Source of the DNA: Leptospiria bacterium
GTDB lineage: Bacteria > Spirochaetota > Leptospiria > Turneriellales > CBDBES01
NCBI GenBank assembly: GCA_965262015.1
Contig: OZ253494.1
Location: 1,402,720-1,466,719 of the forward strand
Length of the DNA: 64,000 bases
Direction: 5' to 3'
This document shows positions 53,760 through 64,000 of this stretch, one piece after another. The position numbers and the translations under genes were made by a program. The notes beneath the pieces are model-generated. The model saw only the letters and a list, made by a program, of their open reading frames with translations, searched no databases and was not told the DNA's origin. Within the stretch, counting starts at the first letter, position 1. Each line of letters starts with the position of its first letter.

Positions 53760-54008
53760 CCAGCTTACAAGAACAAGTAAATGTTTTAGAGAATCAGATG
53801 ATTGATTTTATCTTTATTTCATAAAAGACAGCAGATTTTGGTATATTTATTTTATGAGTTATTTTCTATAGCTCATATCCTCTATTAAATACTTCTGTAT
53901 AAGTATTTATTTTTCGTTATATATTTTGTTGGTCATCCTCTAAGTATCATTACTTAAGAAAAATAGCTTGTGGATAAATAAACTGTCCAGCTCGATACTT
54001 GACTTTCC
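53760..54008 (-). mobile_element. MITE-like IS30 derivative upstream of exbB
   Basis: The sequence ATCTTTATTTCATAAAAGACAGCAGATTTTGG...GAGTTATTTTCTATAGCTCAT...AAGAAAAATAGCTTGTGGATAAATAAACTGTCCAG...GACTTTCC is homologous to the array boundary elements. Confidence 0.6.
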
Positions 54009-54063
54009 AAGTAAGTCTTTGAAAAAGACTTGTCAGTCAAAGATATATATTATTTTATGAAGC

Positions 54064-54696
54064 ATGTCTAATATATTTATAGGTTTTCCTTCTTGGATTA
54101 TACCAACTTTAATCCTGCTAATTTCTATTGCCTCTTTAACCATTATACTAGAACGTCTGTGGTATTTGAATAATCGATTGCATTTATTACAGCCAGAAGA
54201 TAAGAATCAGCTTCTAGATTATGTGCAAAAAGGCAATGTAGATGGTGCTATTTCCCTTTGTCAAGTACTGAAACATCCTGCTTCTAGCATTGCCATTGCA
54301 TTACTTGCTCATAAAGATAAGTCTAATAATCAATCTGATTTAAATTATACTGTTAATGATACTATTGTAATAGAGACAAGACGCTTGGAGCAGTATCTCA
54401 GTGCTTTAGGTAATATTAGTACTATTGCCCCTCTACTGGGTTTACTGGGTACGGTAACAGGTATGATAAAAGCTTTTAAAGCATTTGAATTAAATATCAG
54501 TAAAAATACACAACTTTTTAGTGGTATTGATGAAGCTCTGATTACCACTGCCCTTGGATTGATTGTTGCGGTACCGTCATTGACAATGTATAATTATTTT
54601 GTTAATCGGGTGAATATGTACTTACAGGATGTTTTTCTTATTGTAAAGGCTATCGCTAACAAGCTTAAATTAGATATAGAAATAGATGCTAAATAG
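54064..54696 (+). CDS. exbB: MotA/TolQ/ExbB proton-channel family protein
   Basis: It has three TM helices and the segment LGNISTIAPLLGLLGTVTGMIKAF. Confidence 0.85.
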   Translation: MSNIFIGFPSWIIPTLILLISIASLTIILERLWYLNNRLHLLQPEDKNQLLDYVQKGNVDGAISLCQVLKHPASSIAIALLAHKDKSNNQSDLNYTVNDTIVIETRRLEQYLSALGNISTIAPLLGLLGTVTGMIKAFKAFELNISKNTQLFSGIDEALITTALGLIVAVPSLTMYNYFVNRVNMYLQDVFLIVKAIANKLKLDIEIDAK

Positions 54697-55087
54697 GACT
54701 CACCTAAAACCTAAACGTGTTATTGACCTAGCTAGCATGGTAGATATTGTTCTGCTTATGCTAACTTATTTTCTAATTAACACAACCTTATCTAAGCAAG
54801 CTGCTATTAAAATACAGTTACCCCATTCCAGTAGTTTTAATACAGAACAAGATAATAAAATTATAATTTATGTTACACGGGATAATAAAATTATTCTTAA
54901 TGATGTACCAGTCACTTTAAACCAAATTGGTACCGAGCTAAAGAAGAAAGTTGCAGATACATCTAATTACCATATTACCATACAAGGTGATCAACAAGCA
55001 GAATATCAAACTATTATTTCAGTCATGGATACACTCAATCAACTTGGTATGACACATTTTAATTTATCTACCCAAAAATCCCCTTAA
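54686..55087 (+). CDS. exbD: ExbD/TolR family protein
   Basis: It has a single N-terminal TM (SMVDIVLLMLTYFLI) and a periplasmic domain, and it overlaps exbB by 11 nt. Confidence 0.85.
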   Translation: MLNRTHLKPKRVIDLASMVDIVLLMLTYFLINTTLSKQAAIKIQLPHSSSFNTEQDNKIIIYVTRDNKIILNDVPVTLNQIGTELKKKVADTSNYHITIQGDQQAEYQTIISVMDTLNQLGMTHFNLSTQKSP

Positions 55088-55285
55088 AGTTTCACAAGGA
55101 TATCAAGGTAGCGTAGAGTATTATATATTTCCGATGGGTTTCACACTAACATACAAAAAGTAACTTGACGTTATGGAATAATAAACAGATAAGAGTGAGC
55201 TTGGTGTTTTGGAATAGATAGATATGTTTTGTTAACTTAATTTGGTTAAGGTAGATCGTTCGAATAATAACAAGAGAGGTTTTGC

Positions 55286-55534
55286 ATGAATGAACAAGAA
55301 ATTTTTAATACAGTCAAGGGTCTTATTAAGCCTTATGTCGCTGATGCCGGTACATTAGACACAGCTACCCTGGATACAAAAGTCGTAGAAGATTTACATG
55401 TGAATTCTGCTAGAATCGTAGATATCATTTTAGCTATTGAAGATGAGTTTGATATTGAGATTGGTGATGATGAAATAGAAGTAATTAATAGTCTTGGCGG
55501 AGTTGTATCTCTAGTCTCATCTAAATTAAATTAA
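55286..55534 (+). CDS. Acyl carrier protein (non-AcpP type), stand-alone
   Basis: This 82-aa acidic protein contains EDLHVNSARIVDIILAIEDEF, which aligns to the ACP motif LGADSLDTVELVMALEEEF. Ser41 is the putative phosphopantetheine attachment site. Confidence 0.7.
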   Translation: MNEQEIFNTVKGLIKPYVADAGTLDTATLDTKVVEDLHVNSARIVDIILAIEDEFDIEIGDDEIEVINSLGGVVSLVSSKLN

Positions 55535-55774
55535 TTTTTTGTAGGTTGGCTTTTCTTGGCCAGCCATCCTGGCTTCCTAAATACCTGATGAGGTATTTAA
55601 AGAATAAATCTTATTTTTACACTTTAAAAGGGAACTTATAGATTTTCCAACCATACTAATGTGTTTCCCCTTTGTATGCATTTGTAACCATATGCACGTT
55701 TAGTATGGTATTATATTATTATACCAAATTAATGTACCAATTGTGATATAGAAATTTAATATAAAATGTATGTG

Positions 55775-58700
55775 TTAGTAAGCGAGATGAGAATGGATAT
55801 TTTTTTCTGCTTTGTCTAGTGTAATATCTTGCCTATCAGCATAATTCTGTACTTGCTCTTGAGTTATTTTACCAACTGTAAAATATCGTGAATCAGGATG
55901 AGAAAAATACAATCCACTTACAGCTGCGGTTGGCATCATGGCATAGTTTTCAGTCAGTTCAACACCTATGTTTTTCTCTGCTTGCAAAAGATTAAAAAGA
56001 GTTTTTTTGGCACTGTGATCTGGACAAGCAGGGTAACCAATGGCAGGACGAACTCCCTGATAGCGTTCACGAATAAGATCTCTAGGAACTAGTTTTTCAT
56101 GGTCTGCGTAGCCCCAGTATATTTTTCTAACCTGAAAATGCATATACTCTGCTAAAGCTTCAGCTATACGATCTGCAATGATTTTTACCATAATGGCATT
56201 ATAGTCATCATGCTGAGCTTGGTAATGCTCCACTATTTCATCTACTCCGTGTCCTGCTGTAACAGCAAAAAATCCCATATAGTCTGTGAATCCTGTTTTC
56301 TTGGGAGCAATAAAATCAGATAAACAATAATTAATTTGTTGGTTTTGCTTTTTAAATTGTTGTCGCAAGAAATAGAATGTAGCTATTTTTTTCGTATATG
56401 TTTCATCATAAACATATACATCATTATCTTCACTATTGGCGGGGAACAACCCCACAACAGCCTTGGCCTGGAATAGCTTATCTTGAATAATTTTATTTAA
56501 CATGTCAGAGGCATCTTTATAAAGTTCCCTAGCCTGCTCACCATAAACCTGATCATCTAGTACTCTAGGAAATTTACCTGGCAACTCCCATGCAAAGAAA
56601 AAAGGAGTCCAATCTATGTAGTGCATTAAGACATCCAATGGAATAGAATCAATAGTAATTAATCCTGTTTGCTTAGGCGTGTATATCTTTTCTAGAGTCC
56701 AATCAATTTGTGGAGCATTCTCTCGAGCACGAGACAAATTTAATAGTTTTTTAGCTTTGCTTTCTTTTTCAAATTTTTCTTTTAACTTAATCTGTTCTAA
56801 AGTATTTTCTTTTGCAAATTGCTTTGTATTTTTTCCAAAAACTTGATTTAAGATATTAATTACCTTAGAAGCATCAGGCACATAGACAACACTAGACTGG
56901 TATTGGGGGGCAATACGTATGGCGGTATGTATTGGGCTGGTTGTGGCACCACCAATCAGAAGAGGTACTTTAAAACCATTGCGTTCTAGCTCTGAGGCCA
57001 CATGGGTCATCTCATCTAAGGAAGGAGTAATTAATCCACTCAAGCCAATTACATCTACTTTCTCTTCTTTCGCACATTTTAGTATCTTCTCGGGGGGTAC
57101 CATCACGCCAAGATCAATTACTTGATAATTATTGCACTCTAGAACAACCGAAACAATATTTTTACCAATGTCATGAACATCACCTTTCACTGTTGCGATT
57201 AAAAATTTTTTTTGGCTACGCTTTGTATTTTTCTGATCAAGTTTCTTCTCAGAGACAGGTTTATTTTCAATTAGAGGTAAAAGATATGAGACAGATTTTT
57301 TCATGACTCTGGCAGATTTAACCACTTGTGGCAAAAACATTTTACCTTCTCCAAAAAGATCTCCTACAACATTCATCCCACTCATTAATGGGCCTTCAAT
57401 CACTTCTAGCGGTGTATCAAATTGTTCCAATGCCTCTTTAATGTCTTGTTCAATATAATCTAATATACCCTTGACTAGGGCGTCTTCAATACGTTTTACT
57501 ATACTGATATTTTCTCTAGGAATACTATCTTCTACTATAGTACTAACTGTTTTCTGTTTACTTTTATAATTTGCAGCATATTGAATAAGGTTTTCTGTGG
57601 CTTCTTCATTACGATTCAGAATAACATCTTCTACTAATTTTAACAAGGATGCTTCAATGTCTTCATAGACCATAAGCATTTTAGGATTCACAATCCCCAT
57701 ATCCATGCTATTCTGTACGGCGTAATATAGAAAAACAGCATGCATGGCTTCACGAATAGGCTGGTTACCACGAAAAGAGAAAGAGACGTTACTTACTCCT
57801 CCACTGATGCGTACAAAAGGGCATGCTATTTTAATGGCTTGAATAGATTCAATAAAATCTAGTGCATAACGATTATGCTCTGACATACCTGTTGCAACGG
57901 TTAATATATTTGGATCAAAAATAATATTTTCTGGGGCAGTACCAATAGATAGTAATAATTGGTATGCACGTTTACAAATAGATATTTTCTCTTCTTTGGT
58001 TGCGGCTTGCCCTTTTTCGTCAAACGCCATCACCACCACGGCAGCACCATATTGGTTGATCAATTGGGCTTTTTTTAAAAAGTCTTGTTCACCCTCTTTT
58101 AAACTAATGGAATTAACGATTCCTTTACCTTGTAAACACTTTAAACCAGCCTCCAAAATAGACCATTTAGAACTATCAATCATAATGGGAACACGGGCGA
58201 TATCTGGTTCAGAAGCAATAAGGTTAATGAACTGGTGCATTAATTTCTCACCATCTAATAAAGCTTCATCAAAACATATATCAATGATATTCGCACCATT
58301 TTCAATTTGCTCTTTGGCAACAGAAAGAGCCTCTTCCATTAAGTTATTCTGCACAAGATTTTTGAATTTAATAGAACCCATTACATTAGTACGTTCACCA
58401 ATCATAGCAAAACCCATGTTTTGGTCTATGTTTAGAGGCTCTAAACCACTAAGTTTTAGTATAGAGGAATTTTTACTAGAGGGTTTTCTTGGAGGAAGAT
58501 CTTTTACCGCATTTGTAATCGCCTGGATATGTGCGGGTAGTGTACCACAACAACCACCAACAATATTTAACCATCCTTGCTGGCCAAAATGACGTACATG
58601 GCTGGCTAACTCTTCTGGACTCTGTTCATATTCTCCAAAGGCATTAGGTAAACCAGCATTGGGATAACAACTAACGTAGGTATGGCATATATTAGATAAC

Positions 58701-59476
58701 TGCTTTAGGTAGGGTGCCATTTCTTCTGCACCTAAAGCACAATTGAGTCCAACAGTTAAAGGATTTACATGTTCTATAGAATACCAAAAAGCATCTATGG
58801 TTTGACCAGATAAAGTTCTACCAGAGGCATCTGTGATGGTAACGGAGATTGAAATAGGTAAGGTTTTACCTGTATCTATAAATAAAGTCTTTGTTGCAAA
58901 TAAGGCTGCCTTGAGATTCAAGGTGTCAAAAACTGTTTCAAATAATAGTAAATCACAACCTGCTTGTAGTAAGTGATTTGCCTGTTCATAATAGGCTTCA
59001 AATAGTTCATCAAATGATATATTTCTAAAATCAGGACGATTAACGTCTGGGGAGAGTGAAGCAGTACGATTGGTAGGCCCAAGTGCACCAGCAACAAAGC
59101 AAGGTTGATCTGCATTCTCAGACCGGAATTTTTGGATACTAGATTTAGCAATATTTACAGACGCTTGATTCATCTTAGGTACAAGGTTCACCAGATCATA
59201 ATCTTTCTGCGATATACGATTAGCACTAAATGTATTTGTCTCAATAATATTAGCTCCTGCCCGTAAAAATTGCAGATGGATATCTTCAATTATGTGTGGT
59301 TGGGTAAGAGATAATACATCAGTATTATTTTTTAGTAAGTGCTTATGGTCTTTTAAAAGAGTACCACGGTAATCTTCTTCTTGCAGACCATAGGTCTGTA
59401 CAGTTGTACCCATGGCACCATCAATAATAACAATATAATTATCTAGAAGCTGTTGTAAACTATTGTGCACTGGCAA
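55775..59476 (-). CDS. metH: Cobalamin-dependent methionine synthase
   Basis: This 1233-aa protein has Hcy-binding, pterin-binding, B12-binding ([13 protein letters not shown]) and AdoMet-activation domains in the canonical order. Confidence 0.95.
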   Translation of the reverse strand: MPVHNSLQQLLDNYIVIIDGAMGTTVQTYGLQEEDYRGTLLKDHKHLLKNNTDVLSLTQPHIIEDIHLQFLRAGANIIETNTFSANRISQKDYDLVNLVPKMNQASVNIAKSSIQKFRSENADQPCFVAGALGPTNRTASLSPDVNRPDFRNISFDELFEAYYEQANHLLQAGCDLLLFETVFDTLNLKAALFATKTLFIDTGKTLPISISVTITDASGRTLSGQTIDAFWYSIEHVNPLTVGLNCALGAEEMAPYLKQLSNICHTYVSCYPNAGLPNAFGEYEQSPEELASHVRHFGQQGWLNIVGGCCGTLPAHIQAITNAVKDLPPRKPSSKNSSILKLSGLEPLNIDQNMGFAMIGERTNVMGSIKFKNLVQNNLMEEALSVAKEQIENGANIIDICFDEALLDGEKLMHQFINLIASEPDIARVPIMIDSSKWSILEAGLKCLQGKGIVNSISLKEGEQDFLKKAQLINQYGAAVVVMAFDEKGQAATKEEKISICKRAYQLLLSIGTAPENIIFDPNILTVATGMSEHNRYALDFIESIQAIKIACPFVRISGGVSNVSFSFRGNQPIREAMHAVFLYYAVQNSMDMGIVNPKMLMVYEDIEASLLKLVEDVILNRNEEATENLIQYAANYKSKQKTVSTIVEDSIPRENISIVKRIEDALVKGILDYIEQDIKEALEQFDTPLEVIEGPLMSGMNVVGDLFGEGKMFLPQVVKSARVMKKSVSYLLPLIENKPVSEKKLDQKNTKRSQKKFLIATVKGDVHDIGKNIVSVVLECNNYQVIDLGVMVPPEKILKCAKEEKVDVIGLSGLITPSLDEMTHVASELERNGFKVPLLIGGATTSPIHTAIRIAPQYQSSVVYVPDASKVINILNQVFGKNTKQFAKENTLEQIKLKEKFEKESKAKKLLNLSRARENAPQIDWTLEKIYTPKQTGLITIDSIPLDVLMHYIDWTPFFFAWELPGKFPRVLDDQVYGEQARELYKDASDMLNKIIQDKLFQAKAVVGLFPANSEDNDVYVYDETYTKKIATFYFLRQQFKKQNQQINYCLSDFIAPKKTGFTDYMGFFAVTAGHGVDEIVEHYQAQHDDYNAIMVKIIADRIAEALAEYMHFQVRKIYWGYADHEKLVPRDLIRERYQGVRPAIGYPACPDHSAKKTLFNLLQAEKNIGVELTENYAMMPTAAVSGLYFSHPDSRYFTVGKITQEQVQNYADRQDITLDKAEKNIHSHLAY

Positions 59477-61151
59477 TGTGTTGTGAAGTATTAGGCACTA
59501 AAGCCTGTTGAGAGAATAAAATAGCATTTGCAATAAAATCCTTAAAAAGGGGATGAGGCCGTAATGGTGAAGATTTAAATTCAGGATGAAACTGGGTAGT
59601 TACAAACCATGGATGTAAGTTTTCAGATAGTTCCAGGGCATTAAGAGAGGTACCATCTTGAGAGTATGCACTAGGTATCATGCCATTCGTGATAAAATCA
59701 TTTTGATATTTCATGTTGAATTCAAAACGACGACGGTACCTCTCTTGTATGTGATTCTTCTGGTAAGCACGGTAAAGTAATGAATTATCTTGAATCTGTA
59801 TTGGGAAAGCACCAAGATGCATGGTACCACCTTTTTTTGATACATTTATCTGGCTTCCCATCATGTGTATAACAGGATGAGAGGTTGTTGAATTAAATTC
59901 TGTTGAATTAGCATTTTTCCAACCTATGACATTTCTAGCAAATTCAATTGTAGCACAATGCATACCTAAACAGATCCCTAGAAAAGGTATTTTATTTTCT
60001 CGTGCAAAAGTGATTGCATTGAGTTTAGAACTATGGCCACCATCTCCAAAACCACCAGGCACCAAGATACCAGATACATCATTTAAATAACTTAATAAGG
60101 CATCATCTTGATGTTTGCAGGCATCCACTTGAACAAATTCAACAAAACAATTATTTACGATACCACCATGCGATAAAGCTTCATAAATACTTCGATAAGC
60201 ATCACTCACGGTCATATACTTACCAACTACAGCAATTTTAATAGAGATTTCTGGATTTTTTAATGTGTTAACAACAAAATTCCAGCTTTGTATAATGGGA
60301 CTCCAGTTTTCACCCAATAGATCAGTTGAATCTTTCATATGAAAAAAACGTAGTATCTGTCGATCTATACCTTCTTTTTTAAAAATAAGTGGAACCTCAT
60401 AAATGGTAGTTTTGGTATCAGGAGCTGATATTACACATTCTGGCGAAACGTTACAAAATAAGGCAATTTTTTGTTTGATCTCATCCGTCAAAAAGCTTTC
60501 TGCCCTACAAATTAATATGTCTGGTTGAATACCAACTTTAAGTAATTCTTTAACGGAATGCTGGGTAGGCTTTGTTTTAATTTCACCTGATACATTTAAT
60601 TTAGGCAATAAAGTAACATGAATATATAATACATTGTCATGGCCAATATCTAATCTGAGCTGACGGATAGACTCTAGGAAGGGAACAGATTCAATGTCAC
60701 CCACTGTACCTCCTATTTCAACGATGACAAAATCAATGTCTTCGTCTGCTTGCTTCTCTAAAATTAATATTCTTTTTTTGATCTCATTTGTGATATGAGG
60801 TATGATTTGTACAGTTGCACCTAGGAACTTTCCTTCTCGTTCTTGACGTATTACCGTGTCATAAATTTGACCTGTACTCACTGAGTTAGCCGCTGTTAAG
60901 GTGGAATTTGTGAACCTTTCATAATAACCCAGGTCTAGGTCAGTCTCAGCACCATCATCCGTAACATAGACCTCACCATGTTGCTGGGGACTCATGGTTC
61001 CGGGATCAATATTAAGGTAAGGATCTAACTTTTGAAGAGTAACTTTGTATTCATAAGCTTCTAACAAAGAACCTATAGATGCAGCACTCACTCCCTTACC
61101 CAGGGAACTACTCACTCCCCCCGTAATAAAAATATACTTAGCTTTTGACAC
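59460..61151 (-). CDS. pyrG: CTP synthase
   Basis: It has [15 protein letters not shown] and the glutaminase segment GICLGMH. Its 3' end overlaps the metH start by 17 nt. Confidence 0.95.
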   Translation of the reverse strand: MSKAKYIFITGGVSSSLGKGVSAASIGSLLEAYEYKVTLQKLDPYLNIDPGTMSPQQHGEVYVTDDGAETDLDLGYYERFTNSTLTAANSVSTGQIYDTVIRQEREGKFLGATVQIIPHITNEIKKRILILEKQADEDIDFVIVEIGGTVGDIESVPFLESIRQLRLDIGHDNVLYIHVTLLPKLNVSGEIKTKPTQHSVKELLKVGIQPDILICRAESFLTDEIKQKIALFCNVSPECVISAPDTKTTIYEVPLIFKKEGIDRQILRFFHMKDSTDLLGENWSPIIQSWNFVVNTLKNPEISIKIAVVGKYMTVSDAYRSIYEALSHGGIVNNCFVEFVQVDACKHQDDALLSYLNDVSGILVPGGFGDGGHSSKLNAITFARENKIPFLGICLGMHCATIEFARNVIGWKNANSTEFNSTTSHPVIHMMGSQINVSKKGGTMHLGAFPIQIQDNSLLYRAYQKNHIQERYRRRFEFNMKYQNDFITNGMIPSAYSQDGTSLNALELSENLHPWFVTTQFHPEFKSSPLRPHPLFKDFIANAILFSQQALVPNTSQHIASAQ

Positions 61152-61178
61152 GCAGAATATTGTTATTGTACTTATTTA

Positions 61179-61394
61179 TCATTTCCAATGAATACATTCA
61201 CCAGGGCAATCATCAATGGCTTCTTGTATTTTATCTTTGGCAGTCTCTTCTACAATCGCATCATTTGTACTGCTCCCTTGATTATGACTCTCTGCCAAAT
61301 CATCATTATCCATTCTAAAATAGTCTGGTAATGTGTCAGCACAAAGCGAACAGCTTGTACAATCATCCTTGTCAACATAAACATTCTTAGACAT
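61179..61394 (-). CDS. Small single-cluster ferredoxin
   Basis: This 71-aa protein has CTSCSLC...CPGEC cysteine spacing. Confidence 0.7.
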   Translation of the reverse strand: MSKNVYVDKDDCTSCSLCADTLPDYFRMDNDDLAESHNQGSSTNDAIVEETAKDKIQEAIDDCPGECIHWK

Positions 61395-61721
61395 AGTTTA
61401 ACATACTCCTTGCGATAGAATTTATTTCTCTCATGGATGGAAGGTACCAAGACACATTCCATTCGTCAAATAATTTAATCTAATAATGTGTGGAACCCAT
61501 CTTTCCCACCATAAACATAAGCTGATACCAAACAGCTACAATCATCTATGCAAGTGACAGCATACATCTTATGGTCAAATTTATTAACTATATTCAAGCC
61601 AACTGTATCAAATTGTACTCTATCCAATGCATTAGACTTAGAATAACGTTTTGTATGTATTCTATTTCGTTTACATTATACTTTACAAATTATATATGTC
61701 GTCTAATAATAGCGGGGTCTA

Positions 61722-63398
61722 ATGATGCGAGAGTATTCTTCTAAAATAGTTGATGGTGTGGACAGAGCTCCTAGTCGGGGCATGTTACGTGCTACTGGTT
61801 TTAAGAAAAAAGATTTTTTAAAACCTCAGATAGGTGTTGTTTCGATGGGGTCCCAAATAACGCCATGTAATATGCATCTTGATGCATTAGCTAAACGAAT
61901 CTTAGTATCAGTAAATCGTAATAATGGTAAAGGTGTACCATTCAGTACAATTACTATCTCGGATGGTATATCTATGGGGACGGAAGGAATGAAATACTCT
62001 CTCGTCTCAAGAGAAGTTATTGCTGATTCTATTGAAACAGTTGCAGGTTGCCAGGGTTTTGATGGCTTAGTTGTACTTGGCGGTTGTGATAAAAACATGC
62101 CAGCAGCAGTTATGGCTTTATGTAGATTAAATAGGCCATCTTTATTTGTATATGGTGGCACAATATTACCAGGTCGATACAAAGGACAGAATATTGATAT
62201 TGTGTCTATATTTGAGGCAGTTGGCCAGTATACTAAGCGGGAAATTAATAAAAAAACATTGAATGCAATTGAGGAACGTGCTATTCCTGGACCAGGTTCT
62301 TGTGGAGGCATGTATACTGCCAATACCATGGCTTGTGCAATTGAAGCATTGGGGCTAAGCTTACCATATAGTTCTACGCAGACTGCTGTTTCGATGGAAA
62401 AAAAAAGAGATGCACAGACAGCAGGGAAGATAGTCTTAAATTTAATTAAAAATAAAATCCGTCCCTTAGACATTATTACTAAAAAATCACTTGAGAATGC
62501 TTATACCGTGGTATGTGCTTTAGGAGGCTCTACTAACGCTATTTTACATTTGTTAGCTATTGCTCATTCTGCTAATATTAGGTTTACGTTAAAAGACTGT
62601 GCAAAGATTGGAAAACGCGTGCCAGTATTAGCAAATTTGAAACCTAGTGGGAAATATCATATGGCTGAGCTTACTGCTCAAGGGAAGGGTATTCTACCTA
62701 TAATGAAGGTATTACTAGACAAAAATTTAATTCACCCTGATTGCCTTACAGTTACCAGTCGAACTATTGCAGAAGTATTGTATAAGGTAGAGCCGTACCC
62801 TACTACTCAAGATGTCGTTTATTCTATCTCTAGCCCCTTAAAACGGAGTAGTGCTTTAGTTATTTTATATGGAAATCTTGCTCCAGAAGGTGCAGTTGCA
62901 AAGATATCTGGACAAGAAAGTGAGTTTTTCTCTGGGAAAGCCCGAGTTTTCAATTCTGAAGAAAGTGCTATGACTGCTATTTTAAATAAAAAAATAAAAG
63001 AAGGAGATGTGATCATTATACGTTATGAAGGACCTAAAGGAGGCCCGGGTATGAGAGAGATGCTGGGACCAACATCAGCTCTTGTAGGTCAAGGTTTGTC
63101 TAACAAGGTGGCTTTAATTACAGATGGTCGTTTTTCTGGTGGGAGCCATGGTTTTGTAGTAGGGCATGTGTCTCCAGAAGCATATGTGGGCGGCACATTA
63201 GCCCTTGTGAACAATGGTGATATTATTGAAATTGATATTAAAAAACAGACAATTAATCTAAAGATATCTACACAAGAACTTAGTACAAGACAAAAGCAAT
63301 TCAAAACGCCTAAACCAACCTATAAAAAAGGCGTTTTAGCAAAGTATGCACATAGCGTGAGTTCTGCTTCTTTAGGTGCCGTTACAGATAATGCATGA
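61722..63398 (+). CDS. ilvD: Dihydroxy-acid dehydratase
   Basis: The segments [41 protein letters not shown] and TDGRFSGG are characteristic. Confidence 0.95.
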   Translation: MMREYSSKIVDGVDRAPSRGMLRATGFKKKDFLKPQIGVVSMGSQITPCNMHLDALAKRILVSVNRNNGKGVPFSTITISDGISMGTEGMKYSLVSREVIADSIETVAGCQGFDGLVVLGGCDKNMPAAVMALCRLNRPSLFVYGGTILPGRYKGQNIDIVSIFEAVGQYTKREINKKTLNAIEERAIPGPGSCGGMYTANTMACAIEALGLSLPYSSTQTAVSMEKKRDAQTAGKIVLNLIKNKIRPLDIITKKSLENAYTVVCALGGSTNAILHLLAIAHSANIRFTLKDCAKIGKRVPVLANLKPSGKYHMAELTAQGKGILPIMKVLLDKNLIHPDCLTVTSRTIAEVLYKVEPYPTTQDVVYSISSPLKRSSALVILYGNLAPEGAVAKISGQESEFFSGKARVFNSEESAMTAILNKKIKEGDVIIIRYEGPKGGPGMREMLGPTSALVGQGLSNKVALITDGRFSGGSHGFVVGHVSPEAYVGGTLALVNNGDIIEIDIKKQTINLKISTQELSTRQKQFKTPKPTYKKGVLAKYAHSVSSASLGAVTDNA

Positions 63399-64000
63399 GA
63401 GATAAGTTGTATGTTAATGTTAAACATGCTAGTTACTATATTACTTTTTGTGATAGCTTAGTATTTATTAAACAATGTATTAAAACACATAGTAGTAATA
63501 AGTTAATTTTTCTAATTACTAATCATGATCTTTATAAAATTTATGAAGATCTTTTAATTGATCTTGTACCGCCATCTAATATCCTTTTTATCGAGGAAGG
63601 GGAAAAGAGTAAGAGCTTAGAAACAATCAAATATCTGGCTAATGAATTAATGCATAAAAAAGCCAATCGCCATAGTCTACTTATCGCTTTTGGTGGCGGT
63701 GTAATCGGTGATATCACAGGTTTTTTAGCATCTATTTTTATGAGGGGTATTAGCTATATCCAAATTCCAACTTCTTTACTATCTATGGTTGATTCCTCTA
63801 TTGGTGGTAAAACTGGTGTGAATTTATCTTTGGGTAAAAATATGCTTGGTACTTTTTATCAACCTAAGTTAGTTATTATATGTACCCAATTTTTGAGTAC
63901 ATTGTCTAATCGAGAATTTAAATGTGGGCTAGCTGAAATTATTAAAACTGCGTTGATCAAAAATAAAAACCTTTTAAACTACATAGGCCAGCAAACAGAA
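63395..64000 (+). pseudogene. aroB: 3-dehydroquinate synthase, apparently frameshifted at an A5 run (63656-63660); 3' end beyond window
   Basis: By my own translation, the frame starting at ATG 63395 (an ATGA overlap with the ilvD stop) reads [18 protein letters not shown]...FIEEGEKSKSLETIKYLANELMHKK and then hits a stop at 63701-63703. The AroB core (ANRHSLLIAFGGGVIGDITGF...IPTSLLSMVDSSIGGKTGVN) continues in another frame from 63661 to the window end. The 5' open frame is not listed in the supplied ORF track. Confidence 0.55.

Noticed and set aside
55225-55265. A tRNA-like GTTCGAAT string lies upstream of the ACP gene.
   Set aside because: No cloverleaf can be drawn. The flanks are AT-rich without acceptor or anticodon stems, and the string differs from the GGTTCGAATCC T-arm consensus.
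57996-58592. A 198-aa plus-strand ORF lies inside metH, and a similar 215-aa antisense ORF lies inside ilvD at 61826-62473.
   Set aside because: These are antisense to strongly supported conserved genes. Their translations are low-information and they have no independent signals.

Overview
This 64-kb window comes from an AT-rich bacterial chromosome (GC roughly low 30s % by eye, not computed). Several features point to a Leptospira-like spirochaete. These are a fliK-flgD-flgE hook operon whose FlgE has no Cys but has Ser179/Lys166, a HAMP-PP2C phosphatase, a bactofilin, and lipoboxes with Asn/Ser/Gly at -1. That assignment is inference from reading the sequence, not a database hit. Most of the window is housekeeping: clpP, tsaD, aroC, ybaB-recR, pdhB, nadB, purF, fmt, pcnB, menA, cmk, rpsA, fumC, exbBD, metH, pyrG, ilvD, aroB. 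Five things stand out. (1) At 12.15-24.5 kb there are four head-to-tail units of about 2.9-3.2 kb. Each holds an IS30-derived fragment, a conserved leader with a 14-15-bp-stem palindrome, and a large lipoprotein gene. Each gene encodes a signal peptide with LSTGC, Cys-loop/thrombospondin-type-3-like Ca modules, and 6-12 GLUG-type GGLVG repeats with Ser-rich spacers. Each unit ends in a reiterated 3' tail. The paralogs are patchwork mosaics of each other, look GC-richer than the flanks, and appear to form a recombination-driven surface-variation locus. (2) Immediately downstream lies a tightly overlapped non-canonical FAS-II/PKS-like operon: fabD, a FabI-like ER, fabG, a divergent KS and a PPTase, with no ACP or dehydratase. 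(3) Decayed IS30-family remnants and MITE-like derivatives occur throughout, and none encodes an intact transposase. (4) A second small GC-richer lipoprotein islet (52.45-54.0 kb) is bounded by IS remnants. (5) aroB carries an apparent frameshift at an A5 run. I saw no rRNA, tRNA or CRISPR array. All family assignments come from motif reading, and no HMM or BLAST search could be run.
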